Assembly (NCBI GenBank): GCA_028534125.1
Contig: CM052817.1
Span: 78,246,001-78,310,000, forward strand
DNA from: Lama glama
Lineage: Eukaryota
Reading direction: 5' to 3'
Length of the DNA: 64,000 nucleotides
Shown: piece after piece, positions 24,046 through 38,000 of the stretch
Position numbering within the stretch: position 1 is the first letter of the stretch
Layout: each line of letters opens with the position of its first letter
Program-made: the position numbers and the translations under genes
The notes under the pieces: model-generated
What the model saw: the letters and a program-made list of their open reading frames with translations, nothing else
Databases searched by the model: none
Told to the model about the DNA's origin: nothing

Positions 24046-25149
24046 CGCGAAGGTAGAGAATCTTTGTAAGTTTTATTCACTCGTATGTCCTGAGGGGGTC
24101 AGTTGGTCCCCACAGAGTAAGCACTAAATAAGTGTTTGTTGAATTAACCTACTGGGTTTGAATTAGAGTCTGTCACTTACTAAGGAAGCATAAATGAACA
24201 AATGAGGCTTTTTAGCTTTAGTTCCCTCACCTGTAAAGGGACCATAATGATAAGTACCTCCCAGAATACATACGAAGATGAAATGAGGCAATTTATGCAA
24301 ATGGGTGTTATCCTGCAGACACTCAATAAATGTAAGACTCCGAAATTAGGGTAAACAGGAAAATGCAAGCACGTGCTATTTAAAAAAAAAAACACACTTT
24401 AAACAAAATGACGCATACCCCCAAACATTTTAAAAGGGGATCAGAATGTGCCTAAGTGTGTAAAATGCTGATGGATGTGTAATGGTGCTCAGTAGCCCTT
24501 CCTCAAAAGCGCCTTGGAGAGACAGAGATTATTAGCATTCGTATTTTCACAGCCTTTAAAAGAACCAGGAGTACCACCAGTCTGAAGTGCTCCTAGTCAA
24601 AGATGTCTACATGAGATGTTCGTCCCAGAATTATTCATAAAGGTGAAGTGCTGCAAATGACTTACTTGCCCAAAGTTAATGAGTACATTCATTTTGCTAT
24701 AAGCAGATGAGAAAATACTTTTCAGCTGTTAGAAAAGATAATACTTCAAAAAATATTTAAAGGCATGGGCCAATGTAAAGGGAAGAAAACAGAATACAAA
24801 GATCAATGCATAATTTAATCTACAACATTGAAATAAAGAGCATAACTGTATCTGTAGAAGTAAGTGAGGAAAACATCAAGAGATTAACATTAATATTAGT
24901 TGGCATCAGTTGAGAAATTTGAGATCATTTTATTTCTGTCTTTATTTCCTCTGTACTTCCTATTTTTTTCTGAAACAACAAAGAAGAAACTTTTATCATT
25001 AGAAAGCAAATGTTATTTTGCAATGAAAAAATAAAGCAGGCCGAGTGAAGGTTCTGCACCCTCATCTTCCATCCAGGCCTCAGTGCACCCCCATCAGACT
25101 TCACCTTGAGGGATTTAACTCTCTCAGCTGCTGTGACAGGTCACCAGCA

Positions 25150-26490
25150 TGGTTAGGTCACATGGCTAAATGTGATGGGGCCCCGTGAACCCTCATTTTA
25201 CATGAATTTTCAGCATCGTCTGACATACCTGACCACTTCCTCCCGCCCTGCACTTAGTTTTTTCCAGAATGACTTAACGCTCCTTCTTTTTACTACTTTT
25301 CTGGCCACGTCCCCCTCCTTTCTCCTGTTCAGGCTCCTCCTCCACCCTAACCTTGAAGTTGGGATCTCAGAACCTGTTCCTCAGCCCACTTCTCCATTCA
25401 CCAGGCGTTTTCTCTCCTCTGATCTTTTTGTTACTGTTTTTATGGAGATCACGTACAAATATCTGTCTCTGATCCAGTCATCTCCCCTGAACTGCAAGTG
25501 GAGGATCTCAGTGCCCTGTTGGACAGCTCAGTGGCACCTCAAACTTAGTAAGTCTAAAACTGCGCTGGAATCTAACAAGTACAACAAGCTAGTGGATATA
25601 ACAAAAAAGAAATAGACTCACAGATACAGAGAACACACCAGTGGTTACCAGTGGAGAGAGGGAAGGGGGCAGGAGCAAGTTAGGGGTAGGGAAATAAGAG
25701 GCATAAATTAAGCTACAAGAATATATAGTACAGCACAGGGAATATGACCAATATTCTATAATAACTATAAATGGAATGTAACCTTTAAAAATTGTGAATC
25801 ACTATATTGTACACCTGTAACTTACATGGTATTGTGTGTCAACTATAGTTCAACAACAACAAAGAAGACTTTGTTTCCCAAATCTAACTCTCAAAAAAAA
25901 AAAAAGTGCCATCCTTCTGACACTAGCTCACTTGCTGCAAATCGGGCAGTCATCCTTGATCCAAAGTCTCCCTTATCCCCACTTCACTTAATCAATTACC
26001 ACTCCTCCTCCGTACATGTTTCTAGAAGACATTTAACTGCCTCTGTCTCCACTGCTGCAACCTGAGTGAAAATCACTACCTGCCTAGGCTAGATTCAATG
26101 TAAATTCCTTAACGTGGTTGAGAGACCACCAGCTTGCTCTCCAGCCTTTCCTTGCACGCCCCCCAACCCCACCAATCACTGGCTTCAGCTCCACTTGCCT
26201 TCTTTCTTCCCTAACACGCCATGCTCTTCCCCACCCACAGCCCTTGATTTGCTCAGTTCCCTGAGCCCAGAATGCTCCTTCCCCCATGGCTGACTCCTTG
26301 TAGAGTCACTTGCTCAGGGCATTCATTCTTCCCTATTTTCTCACAGTCCACTCCCTGTTTTCTCCTTTCCCAAGCAGTTAGACATTTACTCAGGTTTATT
26401 TGTTCAATTTAATTTATTTTATTCCACCAGAACGTTGAGTTCTCTGCAACGGGACGTGGCGTCCTGTACACTGTTTCACTGCAGCGTCTG
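25150..26490. mobile_element. L2 fragment interrupted by an L1 3' end
   Basis: CT-rich L2-type text (ggcacctcaaacttagtaagtctaaaactg; gtcatccttga..ctcccttatcccc; cagttccctgagcccagaatgctccttcccc). Confidence 0.65.
25570..25865 (+). mobile_element. L1 3' end fragment
   Basis: agactcacagatacagagaacacaccagtggttaccagtgg..gtacagcacagggaatat..aactatagttcaa followed by an A-rich tail. Confidence 0.85.
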
Positions 26491-26519
26491 GCACCGGGGC
26501 TAGGTTTTTAAGCACTGAC

Positions 26520-26735
26520 ATCGGCTTTCACTGTGTGCCGCCAACCACTCTTCTAAACATTAGCTTGTTCCATCCTCGCCATCACCCTTTTAGGTAGATA
26601 CCAGCGTGACTATCCCCATTTTACAGAAGGAAATTGACACATACACGTCTGTCTCAAGCAGGCGGCCCAAGGTCACAGAACTAGGAGGTGGTTTCCAGGA
26701 TTTAGAGCCAGACAGTCTGGGCTCAGAGTCTATGC
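26520..26735 (-). mobile_element. MIR SINE
   Basis: tatccccattttacagaaggaaattgac..cccaaggtcacagaactagga..ggatttagagccagacagtctg. Confidence 0.7.
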
Positions 26736-28034
26736 CAACCCCAAAGGGCCAACAATGATCAGAGGCTCCAACTTCAAACAGAGATATGGGAGCCGGCTAC
26801 ACTTTCTCCCATTTGCCTGGCTGACACCATTTTTCGGAAGTAAAAATCTCTGAAAAAATAGAGGAGGTTCTCAGACAGTTCAGCTCACCAGCGTGTTGTG
26901 AGGGAGACAGAGTGCAAGTCCGTTTACACAGTCACCATGGGGAATTACTGGACAAATGGAAAGGAATTGAGCAAGAGGCTGAAGTCATTGCTGATGGCTC
27001 GGAATTAAGGAGTTCTAGCAGCTCCAATCGGAGATGGGAGGGGAACAATCCAACAGATTGTTGAACAAGGGCCAGAGTAGAGGATTAAATGTCAGCAGAG
27101 GGTAACTTATGTCACGGTTGTGAAAATGACTACCTAGACATTAAAAGCTATGTTTTCATAAGCTTAAATGCAGTCATTAAGGGACTTCAAATTGATGCTC
27201 TGCATAAATCAGTCAAATGTAAGGACGTTTACAGTCATTTTAAAAACAAGGGAGAGCAAGGAGTTCTAAATAGTATCAGGGATGCTTCCTTTTCTTTCTT
27301 CCCACCCGTGATTCTTACACAAGCTTTCAACTTACTCCAACTTAGTATTAATTTACATGCCAAAAATGGGAAAATATTTTGTTCTTTCCCTAGACGGGAG
27401 GTAAAGTGATTTTGTTTTAAAATAAAGTGAAACAACATATTTAACAGAAAGTACTTGAGAGATAATGTAGACTTCAATGCAAACATCTTCAGTTAACAAA
27501 TATTTATCACAGTGTGTCTACCTCTTCAGTAAGGAACATGGTGACAAAGAGCACTCTGCCCGGCCCCTGGGGAGTCCACAGTCTTCAGGGAAATACTTGT
27601 AACATCATGGACATAATGCAAAGAGAGGCACAGAGGAGGGTGCAATGAGCTCTTCCTGGATGCACAGGGGTTATCACATCCTCGGGGAACGGCATTCCAG
27701 GGAGAGGGAAGACAGCGACCAAAGGTTCAGAGGAGTGAAGAGCAAGACTCAGGTGGGGAAGTGAAAACAGCTCACTAAGCTGAAGACAAGACCTCATTAG
27801 AAGAATCGCTTGAAAAGGAAGTTCGAAGGCTGGAGCCAAATCCTGCAGATCCTGGTAATTATAATTAGAAACTGGAAGCATGTATATTCTGCCAGTGTTA
27901 GGAATTGAAGAAGAGATGGAAGCTAACGTCTAATTTATTCAGCAAGCTAGAGAGGACCAAACTGGAGTCAGGGAGGCCAACTACTGTTCCACTCCAAGCC
28001 AGAAATGATTTGTACATAAACTCAGACAGTGGCC

Positions 28035-28830
28035 CTTAATTCATTTATTCATTCTTTTAAAAATATTCCTTGAATGCTTCTTATATGCTAGGCAGTATTC
28101 TGGGGCCGGAAACATGGCAATAAGCAATAATGGGAACCTCTGTTGTCATGAAACTTAGAAAACATGGTAAACAGCTACACAAAGCAACATGTAGTGTTTC
28201 AGGTGGATGTAAGTGCCATGAAGGAGAAGACGACTACGGGGTGAGGGTTAAGGAAGTAATGGAAATAAGAGGGGAAGGAATTTGAGCCGAGACCTGAAAG
28301 CAGCACAGGAACAGATCATAGAGATCTCTGAGCAGGGTGTTCCAGGCTGGAAACACCAATACGAAGACCTAGTCCCAGGAGTGCACTTGGGGTGACTGAA
28401 AGAACAGTGAGGAGCCGTGTGGCCAGCATGAGGTGGTGGTGAAGTCAGCGTGGGGCGGGCAGGAGGGTGGGTGCAGCTCATGTGCGGATTATGCTGAAAC
28501 TATGGTTTTCACTCTAAATGAAATAGTCGTCAATGGTTTGAGCAAATGAGACTAATATAATCCATATACAAGCCACACACATACATATAATCTGACTCAG
28601 GTTCTAGACAGTGGATCACAGTGGGTGGCAAGTTTGGGATAGATTGTCAGGGTCAAAGACAGAAAGAGAGAGATCAATTACGAAGCTATTGCATTATTCC
28701 AGGAGACTAGGCCGGTGGCTGTGGAGGTGTAAGAAGTGTTCCAATTCTCAGCTTATTTATAGAACGATTCTGATTTGCTACCACACTGGATGTCGGGGGT
28801 GAGAGAAAAAGAGAAGTGAAGGTGGCAGTG
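28035..28830. mobile_element. L2 3' region fragment
   Basis: ttcatttattcattc..gaatgcttcttatatgctaggcagtattctggg followed by a purine-rich L2 body. Confidence 0.65.
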
Positions 28831-28899
28831 GAAACTCAGGGAAGGTGATAGGTTTGAAAATTTATAGAAGCAACGAGGGTACAGGGTTACTGGGTGATA

Positions 28900-29255
28900 T
28901 CACTCAGCCATAAAAAGGAACGATGTACTAATACATAAGCTACAATGCAGATTATCCTTGAAAACATGCTAAGTGACAGAAGCCGGTCACAAAATGTCAC
29001 CTATGGTGTGATTCATTTATAGGAAAGATCCAGAATAGGTAAATCTGTAGAAATGAAAGCAGATCGGTGCTTGCCAGGGAGAGTGAGGAATACCAGCTTA
29101 ATGGGTATGGAACTCTATTCTGGGATGATAGCAGTGTTTTTGGAATCAGAGATGATGGCTGGACAACACTGTTAATGTACTAAAGGCCACTGAATTGTTC
29201 ACTTTAAAATGGGTAATTTTATGTTACATGAATTTCATTTCAATTTTTTAAAAAA
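28900..29255 (+). mobile_element. L1MB-like 3' end
   Basis: cagccataaaaaggaacgatgtacta..ccttgaaaacatgctaagtgacagaagcc..ccactgaattgttcactttaaaatgggtaattttatgttacatgaattt. Confidence 0.85.
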
Positions 29256-30832
29256 TCACCCTGGCAGGGTAGAGAGCACATATATTGGAGACTGAGTGTA
29301 ATAAGAAACAGTGAGGTGAGGGTCCAGGCTATGTATGCACTGTTGGTGGAATGGAAACCAAGAGGGAGTGATGGATTTGAGAACCATTTAGGAAGGAGAC
29401 TGGAGGTGGGGTGAGAAAGGACGGCTTTTATCTGGAATGAGTAGGTCAGGAGGACAAGACTTTGGAACAGACAGTTCTCAGCTGAGCAGGCTGCATTTTC
29501 GGGAAGTTTTGGAAGCATTAGACCTGAATCTTTACTCAGCAGACCAGTATAGGCTGCAAATAAAGGCTGAGTTTTTTAAACATATGATAGAAGTAAGTGG
29601 GATAGAAGTAGAAAAATCATGCCTGTCATACAATTTAAAGAAAATAACATCATGGCCCAGTTCATCTAAGGATAGTAATCAACAAACATATCCAGCACAA
29701 ATAAAAGCTGGGAGGAGGGGATGGTAGGACAATGTCCACACACAGTTAATATTTAATTTCTGTCTGTCTCCCATCACTTATTTATGTCGTGCAATTAAAT
29801 AATCCAAGTAAGTTTTGCTTCTAGGAAACACTTCCAATAAAAGTGCCAATGGATTAAATTATCAATCCATCAAATTATTAATCTGGGCTGTACCTCTATC
29901 CAGGATAGAGCTCTACATGTGTACATTTCTTACTCTACAAGTAGTTCTTTCCATAAAGAAGTTCTCTGTTGATAAAGGTATTTTTATGAGTAGACCCACT
30001 GGGAGTACGTTGTTGCCTTAACCTTACTACCAAAGCTTCCTGGAAAGACCAGGAAAACATTTCATGATGGTGAGTTTCCTTTTATATGTACTGCTTACTC
30101 CATCCTTTATCCTCTGGGAAATGCCAGTGGGGCTGAGTACTCGAGTTTCCCTCAACATTCAAAGAGAACTGTGTGCTGTGCAGTCTCACACATTACAACT
30201 TCAATGTTGCTTCTTACATTGAGCTACATTAATACTTTTTAAAAACTGTTTTTATTTTATAAAGAAGCCAAGTGTTTTTCCTAACACCTTTGCCCATTTT
30301 CTGTCAACTGGCAATCTCACACAGGAGAATGGTGACACTGTTCACTGATAAACCATTTTTCTCTAAAGTAATCAATGATCCAATTAATTTTACTGACAAT
30401 AGTAGTATCTTTGTCCTTTCATAAATAAACGTGAACAACTATGTCTATAATTTCTTTTCAATTCAAATGTCATAAGCAGAAAATCTAGACAGTTACTAGT
30501 CCTGCTTTTTAAACCAAGGAGTTCACGCATGTTTTAGAATTCATTATTTGGCTTTAACAAAATAAATGATATCTGTGACCAGTTAAATCTCTGGTTTAAC
30601 TATCATTAACCTGTCAAAGACTTGGACAGACACATGAAAGCTGCCTCGAATCATTATGCATTTATACCTGGGAAGAACAACTCAACTGCAATAAAACAGG
30701 GTACAAGCACGTCTTAAAGAAAAATTTGTATGCTGCCAGTAAACCAGGATAAAAAACATTGCTACAACGTGGTTACTTGGATTATGCAATCAAAGGGCAT
30801 AAAGAGCACAAGACATTAATAGACATTAATAG

Positions 30833-30941
30833 CATGCACGCGTGCACACACGCACTCACACATGCACACATAGATGCACAGCTACACACACACCCTACAT
30901 GTACACATGGATGCACAGACACACATGCACACAAACACACA
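30833..30941 (-). repeat. UG-rich degenerate microsatellite downstream of the PRDM5 exon donor, with three TGCATG
   Basis: (CA)-rich on the plus strand; catgca at 30833-30838, 30861-30866 and 30924-30929. Confidence 0.85.
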
Positions 30942-30974
30942 TCTCCTGTTACTGGTGGTTCCCGGAGGACACTA

Positions 30975-31361
<387 letters not shown>

Positions 31362-32019
31362 TCACCGTGATCTGACTACTTACTGAACTGAACGGTTAGG
31401 CCTGCTTTTGGTCTCCGATGTCGTGAGGGTGTCTTGGAGCAAGACAGTGTGGGAACCCTGGTCTAGGTGATGCAAACTGTTTCCTGTCTCGACGGGATTC
31501 CTGGGAATGAAAACTTCAGAACCAAATTTTCAACAGATTCTGGGGGTAAGTTTAAGAAGTTAAAGCCCTACTGCAATGTAAGTATTTTCATTTCCATTAT
31601 CCAATCTGTTTTTCCTAGGTAGGCTGTTCTTGTATAAAATCTAAATTACTTTTTAAAATGAGGCATTTTTTTATTGTTGGGCACAGACTCTCAAGGAAAA
31701 GAAATTATCTCCATAGGAAAAGGAAAAACTGTCCAAACTCCTTAGCCATCTTTGATATCAGGAACTTACATCACCATCTTTTTAGCTTGGAATGAATTAC
31801 AAACAAAATTAATTAACATTTTTCCAGTAAAACAGCTGGCCACTTACTAAATACTAAACAGAGCTGTTCAAAGTAAAATTGCAATTTTTTTTCAAATGTA
31901 GCTTCAAAAATATTGTTATAGACACTTTTTTTGGATTGAGGTAGTGGGTCCATGCTCTAAATTTCATGTTATATGGACAAGTTTTGTTTATACATTCTCC
32001 TTAGTATTTAAAAGACTAT

Positions 32020-35000
32020 TATAAAAATTTCCAGACTTACTCAACGGTGTGTAAATAATCAGACAGACTTACCCGTACTCACTGGCTAGCTTGAGAAACG
32101 GGACGTGACCAGCCCAGGTGTCCCTCTCGATGGCCCCACCATGCCCCGACTGCAGCCCCACCCTCCCCCCCGGAGATGACCAGTCTCCTGGACACAGGGC
32201 TGATCACTCCCTGGCTTTCTCTACATCTTCACTGTAAGAAATAAATGGATCTCTATGCAAGACATAGTGTTATTTTGCCTTTTAAAATCATGTAGATAGT
32301 AACATACTGAATGTATTGTCAGTTCTTTTGAAACTCAGTACTTATTTCTGCTCAACATGCGCCTCCTGTCCCCGCTCCCACTCTGTGAACCCCTGCAGCC
32401 CCTGCTGACTCATTCTCAGTGAGGGCAGTTTTATGTTCAATGGCCACAGCACAGTTTGCTTACATATATCCTCCAAGGATGGATAGCTACATTTTTCCCA
32501 GTTTTTCACTCTTACAGATAATGTTGTTGTAAACATTCCTTTACATGTAGACTTGAACACAGATGAGCATAATTCCCTACGATATGTATATGTAGAAGTG
32601 GAACTCATCATCAACTTTTCTGGGAATGGCCAAACACCTCTACGAAGTGAATAGTTTTACATGCCAATATCTAGCATATTGTTATAATTCTATCACTGTA
32701 TTTTACAAATTTTGAGAGTCTCATTAGGTACACAGTGAATATGTAAGTCTGCAATTATTATGCTCCTGGCAAGCAGGTCCTTTTATCACTTTGAAGTGAC
32801 CTTCTTTATCTGTAATGATCCATTTTACCTTAAAATTAATTTGGTACTAATGCAGCAATAAAAGCTTTTTAAAGTGAGTATTTGCTGTGGGGTGAGGAAC
32901 TTGGTGAGATGTTGGTCAAAGGGTACAAATTTGCAGTTGGACGATGAGTAAGTCCTGAAGATCTAATGCACAGCCTTGTGATTATCACTAACAATACTGT
33001 AGTGTATACTGAATACTTGCTAAAAGACTAGATCCTAAATGTTCTCACCACAAAATAGAAATGATAGTTATATGATCTCATGGAGGTGTTAGCTAACACT
33101 CCAGCGGTAATCATACTACGATATATAAATGTGTCATATCAATGCTTTGCAAACCTTCAACTTATACAATGTTATATGTCAATTATATCTCAGTTAAAAA
33201 TAAAATAAGTGAAATAAATAAAATAAAACTAGTATTTGCCTAGTTGCCTAGTTGCCCCTCTTTCACTTTCAAACCGTCTATACCCTTAGGTATGATGAGC
33301 ATCTCTTGTAAACAAATATACAACTGAATTTTTTAAACCAAACTTATATCACTATTTTTAAGATACTGCATTTTAGTTTTTAATATTTATTATCATTTAA
33401 TAGTTATTTTGTTATAATAGAATAGAATCACCATTCTAATAAATATATGATACAATTGATATCATATCTATTTATTAATATGTGTTATTAATTGATAACA
33501 TGTTTGAATATATTTCTAACATTTTATTGTGTGCATTCTTTTATCTTGCTTGTTTTCTAAGATTTTTTTCCCCTGTATTTTCTTGCATGTTTTGGATTGA
33601 TCCTTTTGCCTCATATTATTATAGAAGTTAGGAAGTCTACTTCTATCCTTTCAGTGGTTTTCCTTAGGATTTTTTTTTACCATGTACATTTGACACAATT
33701 TAAAGTTTATGTTTTCCCTCTTTCTGATTAACATGTCCTGTAGAATGCTCCTGTCTTACATGTGATGTGTAGCAGTATTTTATTTGTATCTTGATTTCTC
33801 ATGCCCACTATGGACTCATTATTTTATACAGTCAGTGTGGTTTAGCTTTACAGACTTCAACAATTTCTTTGATTTTCATGCTTTTTAAAGTATTTGACCT
33901 TTTATGGATCTGCTAATAGTAAATTCTGTTTTTATTTGATAGAAAATGGCTGTTTCTCACTTGTTGTTGAATCAAAGTCTACAGTCCCAACTAGATGTAT
34001 AATAGACTTTTTCTATTTTTCATGTCTCTTAACCTTTCTCATTTCCATCTATTTGTATTGATTGCACTGTATGTAATTTCTTTAGAATCAGTTGATCAGT
34101 TCTCTTCAGATGTGAATACTTGCTACCTAATAGGAGCATTTGAGTTTTTAATTTCCATTGTTGTATTTTTAATTTCTAGAACTTTCTATGTGGCTCTTTT
34201 CAATTATGCTTAATTTTTGATAAAGTCTTATTTTTTTATTCATGCTGCTTATGCACATTTAGAAATATTCTAGGCATTTATATCACTTTCTTCATCTGAT
34301 AAATCATTATATATGTGCTTTGGAAGTCTAGTTCTCCTGTTTGTGGTTCCTCCCGTCTCCTGCGCATGCCTCTCATTTCCTTGTGTATTTCTGGAATTTG
34401 AAATCATGAGCTCCTGTTTGGTGGTCTTTATCTGTTAAAATCCTGTGATCCCCAGGTTGAAGGTAAGTCCCTCCAGACAGCATTTGTGTTTGCCTCTGCC
34501 AGGCACTCTGGGATGCTATCAATCAAAGACCATTTAAAGTTTATTTCTTGCCTGAGGGTTTTCTGGTCAGGCAAGCGTTTTAAGTCTGAACTCCAAACAC
34601 ACTTGAAGGAAGGATTGTGGTTACAAATTCTAAGGATAACTCTTTCTCTATCCAGCAATTACTCCAAGACAGTCAAATGTCCTGAGCATCTCTGCTTGCC
34701 AAAAGTGGACTATTCTCTGATTTCATTTTGAGTATAGCCTTTCTGGGGTCCCAGAACTATGGCAGGATGTGGCTCCATCTCGCTGTATAACCTGAGCCCA
34801 GATCTTGTCTCCTTTCCCCTCACCATTAAAAATCAAGTCTTGAGCTTACAGAAACCAGCAAACACCCTACAAGGTGCTGCATCCTCAACTTGACCTCCTC
34901 ACTCTGGAGTCGAGCTCCAGCTTTGTTCAGTGGCTCCTGGAGATTACTGTTACTTTTTTTTTTTTTTAACGCATTCAGATCTTTGCAGTTTGCTTTATTT

Positions 35001-35070
35001 TACCATTGATAGGTGTTTTGTACAAGGTCTCTTTTCTAGGATATGGAGTCTGTCATATTGCCAGAAATGG
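32020..35070 (-). mobile_element. Composite of old L1M (L1MC/ME-like) fragments
   Basis: T-rich degenerate L1 text (tttcccagtttttcactcttacagataatgttg; ttttatcactttgaagtgaccttctttatc; tttttaatttctagaactttct). Confidence 0.6.
32886..33230 (+). mobile_element. L1MA-like 3' end inserted into an older L1, with TSD
   Basis: gagatgttggtcaaagggtacaaa..aaatgttctcaccaca..tatgtcaattatatctca, then an A-rich tail. Direct repeat agtatttgc at 32877-32885 and 33231-33239. Confidence 0.85.
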
Positions 35071-38000
35071 AAGCAACTGTACATATTATTTTCAAGACAT
35101 GAAAAATTATTTTAATTGGCTGTTCACAGTTAACAGAAAAAAAGTAACTGCATTTTCTTGGCAGTCTAAGAAATATGATGTTTATAACTTTTCCCTTCCA
35201 ATCTGAATAAACATACTCTCTTTTCACATGCTGCATTATTTTTAGGATGTATTATTTCTTCAAATATTGCCTCATTAAAAAAAAACTTGAAAAGGAAAAT
35301 GTAGTTCTAAGTATTTAGATCAGATATTTTCTGGGAATTCCTGGGACTGTTTATTAGGCTTTTATTATATCAAAACATTTTACTTAAACTTAAATTTTAA
35401 AAACATATAAAATATATCAATAAGATGTACATGAGAAGGGGAAAAAAAGGAAAGCTCTTCTCTCTACAATTTATCTTTAAAACCAGATCTTGTAAAGAAG
35501 TGAGAGGCACATCACTGTGGCAGCTGCCAGTGGCAGGTAAATGTCAGGCAGAGAATAATCTAAGACAGAACATCTTAAAAGAGTGAGGGGAAGTTTCAGG
35601 GAAGAGGAGGCAGTGAAAAGCAAGATCTGAGCATCTCTGGTTAAGAACATCCCTCTCACTCAATCCTCAGTTTCCTCTCAGGAGGTACCGTCTAGGTCAG
35701 CATCCTAGAGAGGGCCCTGTGGAGACCTAGAGGTTCCCAGACAGTCTCCGGAGATCCCGGTGGGGCACGGGGCTCTGTAATTATCACCAGAGGTTGAAAA
35801 GCCCAAATCTGTATCATGCTTTGGCTCAGACCGAATGAATAATGTCTTACACACACACATTCACTCACTCACATATTGATATTTTTCAAATGTTCACAGA
35901 TAGTATCGGTGATTAATTTAATATATTCACTTATAAATGTCACTGAATTATATTACTTCCACGTACTTTCTCCTACAAAACACTAAAAGCCATCATGTGT
36001 TTATATGCGTGTGTTGGTAAGAAAGTGGGGGGTGAAATTTATAATATTAGAAAGGCTCCTTCACTTCAGAAAGCCTGAGAATCACAACTGGAAGATTAAG
36101 TAGTTCTGTATTTGCCGGGACTCCCTCTTCTCTACCAAGAACCATTTGCAGCCAGGGATTCCCTGGGGCTTTTCTCCCAAGAGAAGCTCACAAAGGACCC
36201 TACAATCACTCTGTTCCAGTAAACAGCTTTTATACCAGAGAGAGAGCCAAGACGTGACAGGTCACTCATTTCAAATTGAAGAACTTCAAATGAACTGAAA
36301 CGGGGAGAAATAAATGCATTTTTTTCTCAGAAAGGAATCTCCCATGCCCCTTGCTCACTGATTTCTTCCATTACTCCTATTTAGCCATGTTAAAGAAAGA
36401 TCGCCCTTCTCACGGTAAGCACAGTTGGGCATAAGGAGTCAGCTGGTGGTGCAGAGCATCCTACCCCAAAGACACGTGCACCTGTTCCTGTCTCTGAAAA
36501 CTGTGAAAAAATCTTTGCTGCCTCTAGAACATTCCTGAGTAAACTTAGCCCTAACCTCAGGGTCCAGAAGAACCCATGCTTGTGTGCAAGGATGCAAGAG
36601 AACTTCAATTTCTAATCTCCACTGCCTACTCTGGCCATAAGGTTCACTGAGGATGATGGTGGTCAAGGAATTAGTGGTTGATACGGCAAGGGACCATGTG
36701 ACAGAGGGCGCTTAGGAAGCCACAGCAGACTTTAACTTCTATCAGGTGAGGCAGCGGGGCTGAGGCTGAGCCACCTACCACCCCCCAAGAACACACTGGA
36801 AGACAGTCCACAGGCTGGCGGGCTTCAGTGTGTGAGCATGTTTGGACACTGCTGGACTTTCAAAGGCCCCACTGCTCTCCCCTGCAAAGAACGCAAATAC
36901 GATCATCGTTAAACTGAATCACATCTTAACCTCATTACTTCTCTTCCTCTATCTTTCCCTCCATTATGAAATCTTTAATCGGGGCACAAAATCTGATTCA
37001 GTGAAGGATTATGGAAATTGCTTAAAACACTGTTTCAGAGTGGAATGCGTAATATAAATGACACATTTTAACTCATTAGCTGGATTTAACTAGAGACAAA
37101 ATGATTAGGTCCTTGATTAATTCTGTTTCTGAATGATTATACAGTCTAACTGACAAAGAGCTTGTCCTTTGTCATCATAACTGGGGAATCATTACGACAT
37201 GGAGCCGATCTCCTTGTCAGCTACACTGCGTCATCTGTCAAAGGCAGAATTCATCAGCTGTCGAGCTTTAATCAAACGGTATTTGGCAGAACTCTTTCAG
37301 AAGGTAAGATTTATAGAGCTCTATGCACTGCACCTTGTGATGTACTAATAAACAGTCGTATTTTTGTGCTATTAAAAGAACAGAAACTTCATATGTTATA
37401 TTTTTTGCCAACATAAACTGAATTAATGAATTTCAACATCATTTGAGAGGGCTTGGTAGAAAAGAAAGTCACAGTGTTTATAAATCTTGGAGGGATCTGA
37501 ATGTTGAAGTTCTTTGAAACAGAAATTCATTGGAAGCCTGGTAGTTTAGTTAAGAACTGCTTTAAGGGCGGATATTTTAAAAAAAGAGAGAGAAAACTGC
37601 TTGCCAGGAGGTGAAGGAGCAGGCTCCCCACTACACAGACCACCAAAGACAAGGATGGACCATGGGCAGATTAGCTATATGATGTAAATGCACACCAAGA
37701 GGATTCTCTATGATTGTTTTCATGTTAGTCCACAATCAAACAGAAACAGAAAATTTAACAAGTGAGCATGTTTCCCCTGTAGTCAGAGGTCAGTGTAAAT
37801 GGTGTCAGGAAGTCATGGATGATGGTTAATAACATCTTTCATGGCACTGGTAGCCTGACCCTGATACAATTAAGAAAGGAAGATTAGTAAGCGATTAAAA
37901 GCACACAGGCAAACCAGTGTGTATGGTGAGGACTGACCGAGCCTGCGGCACTCTGAATACACATACACAGTCTGCTTGTGTTCAGCTTGTGAGTGAAGCA

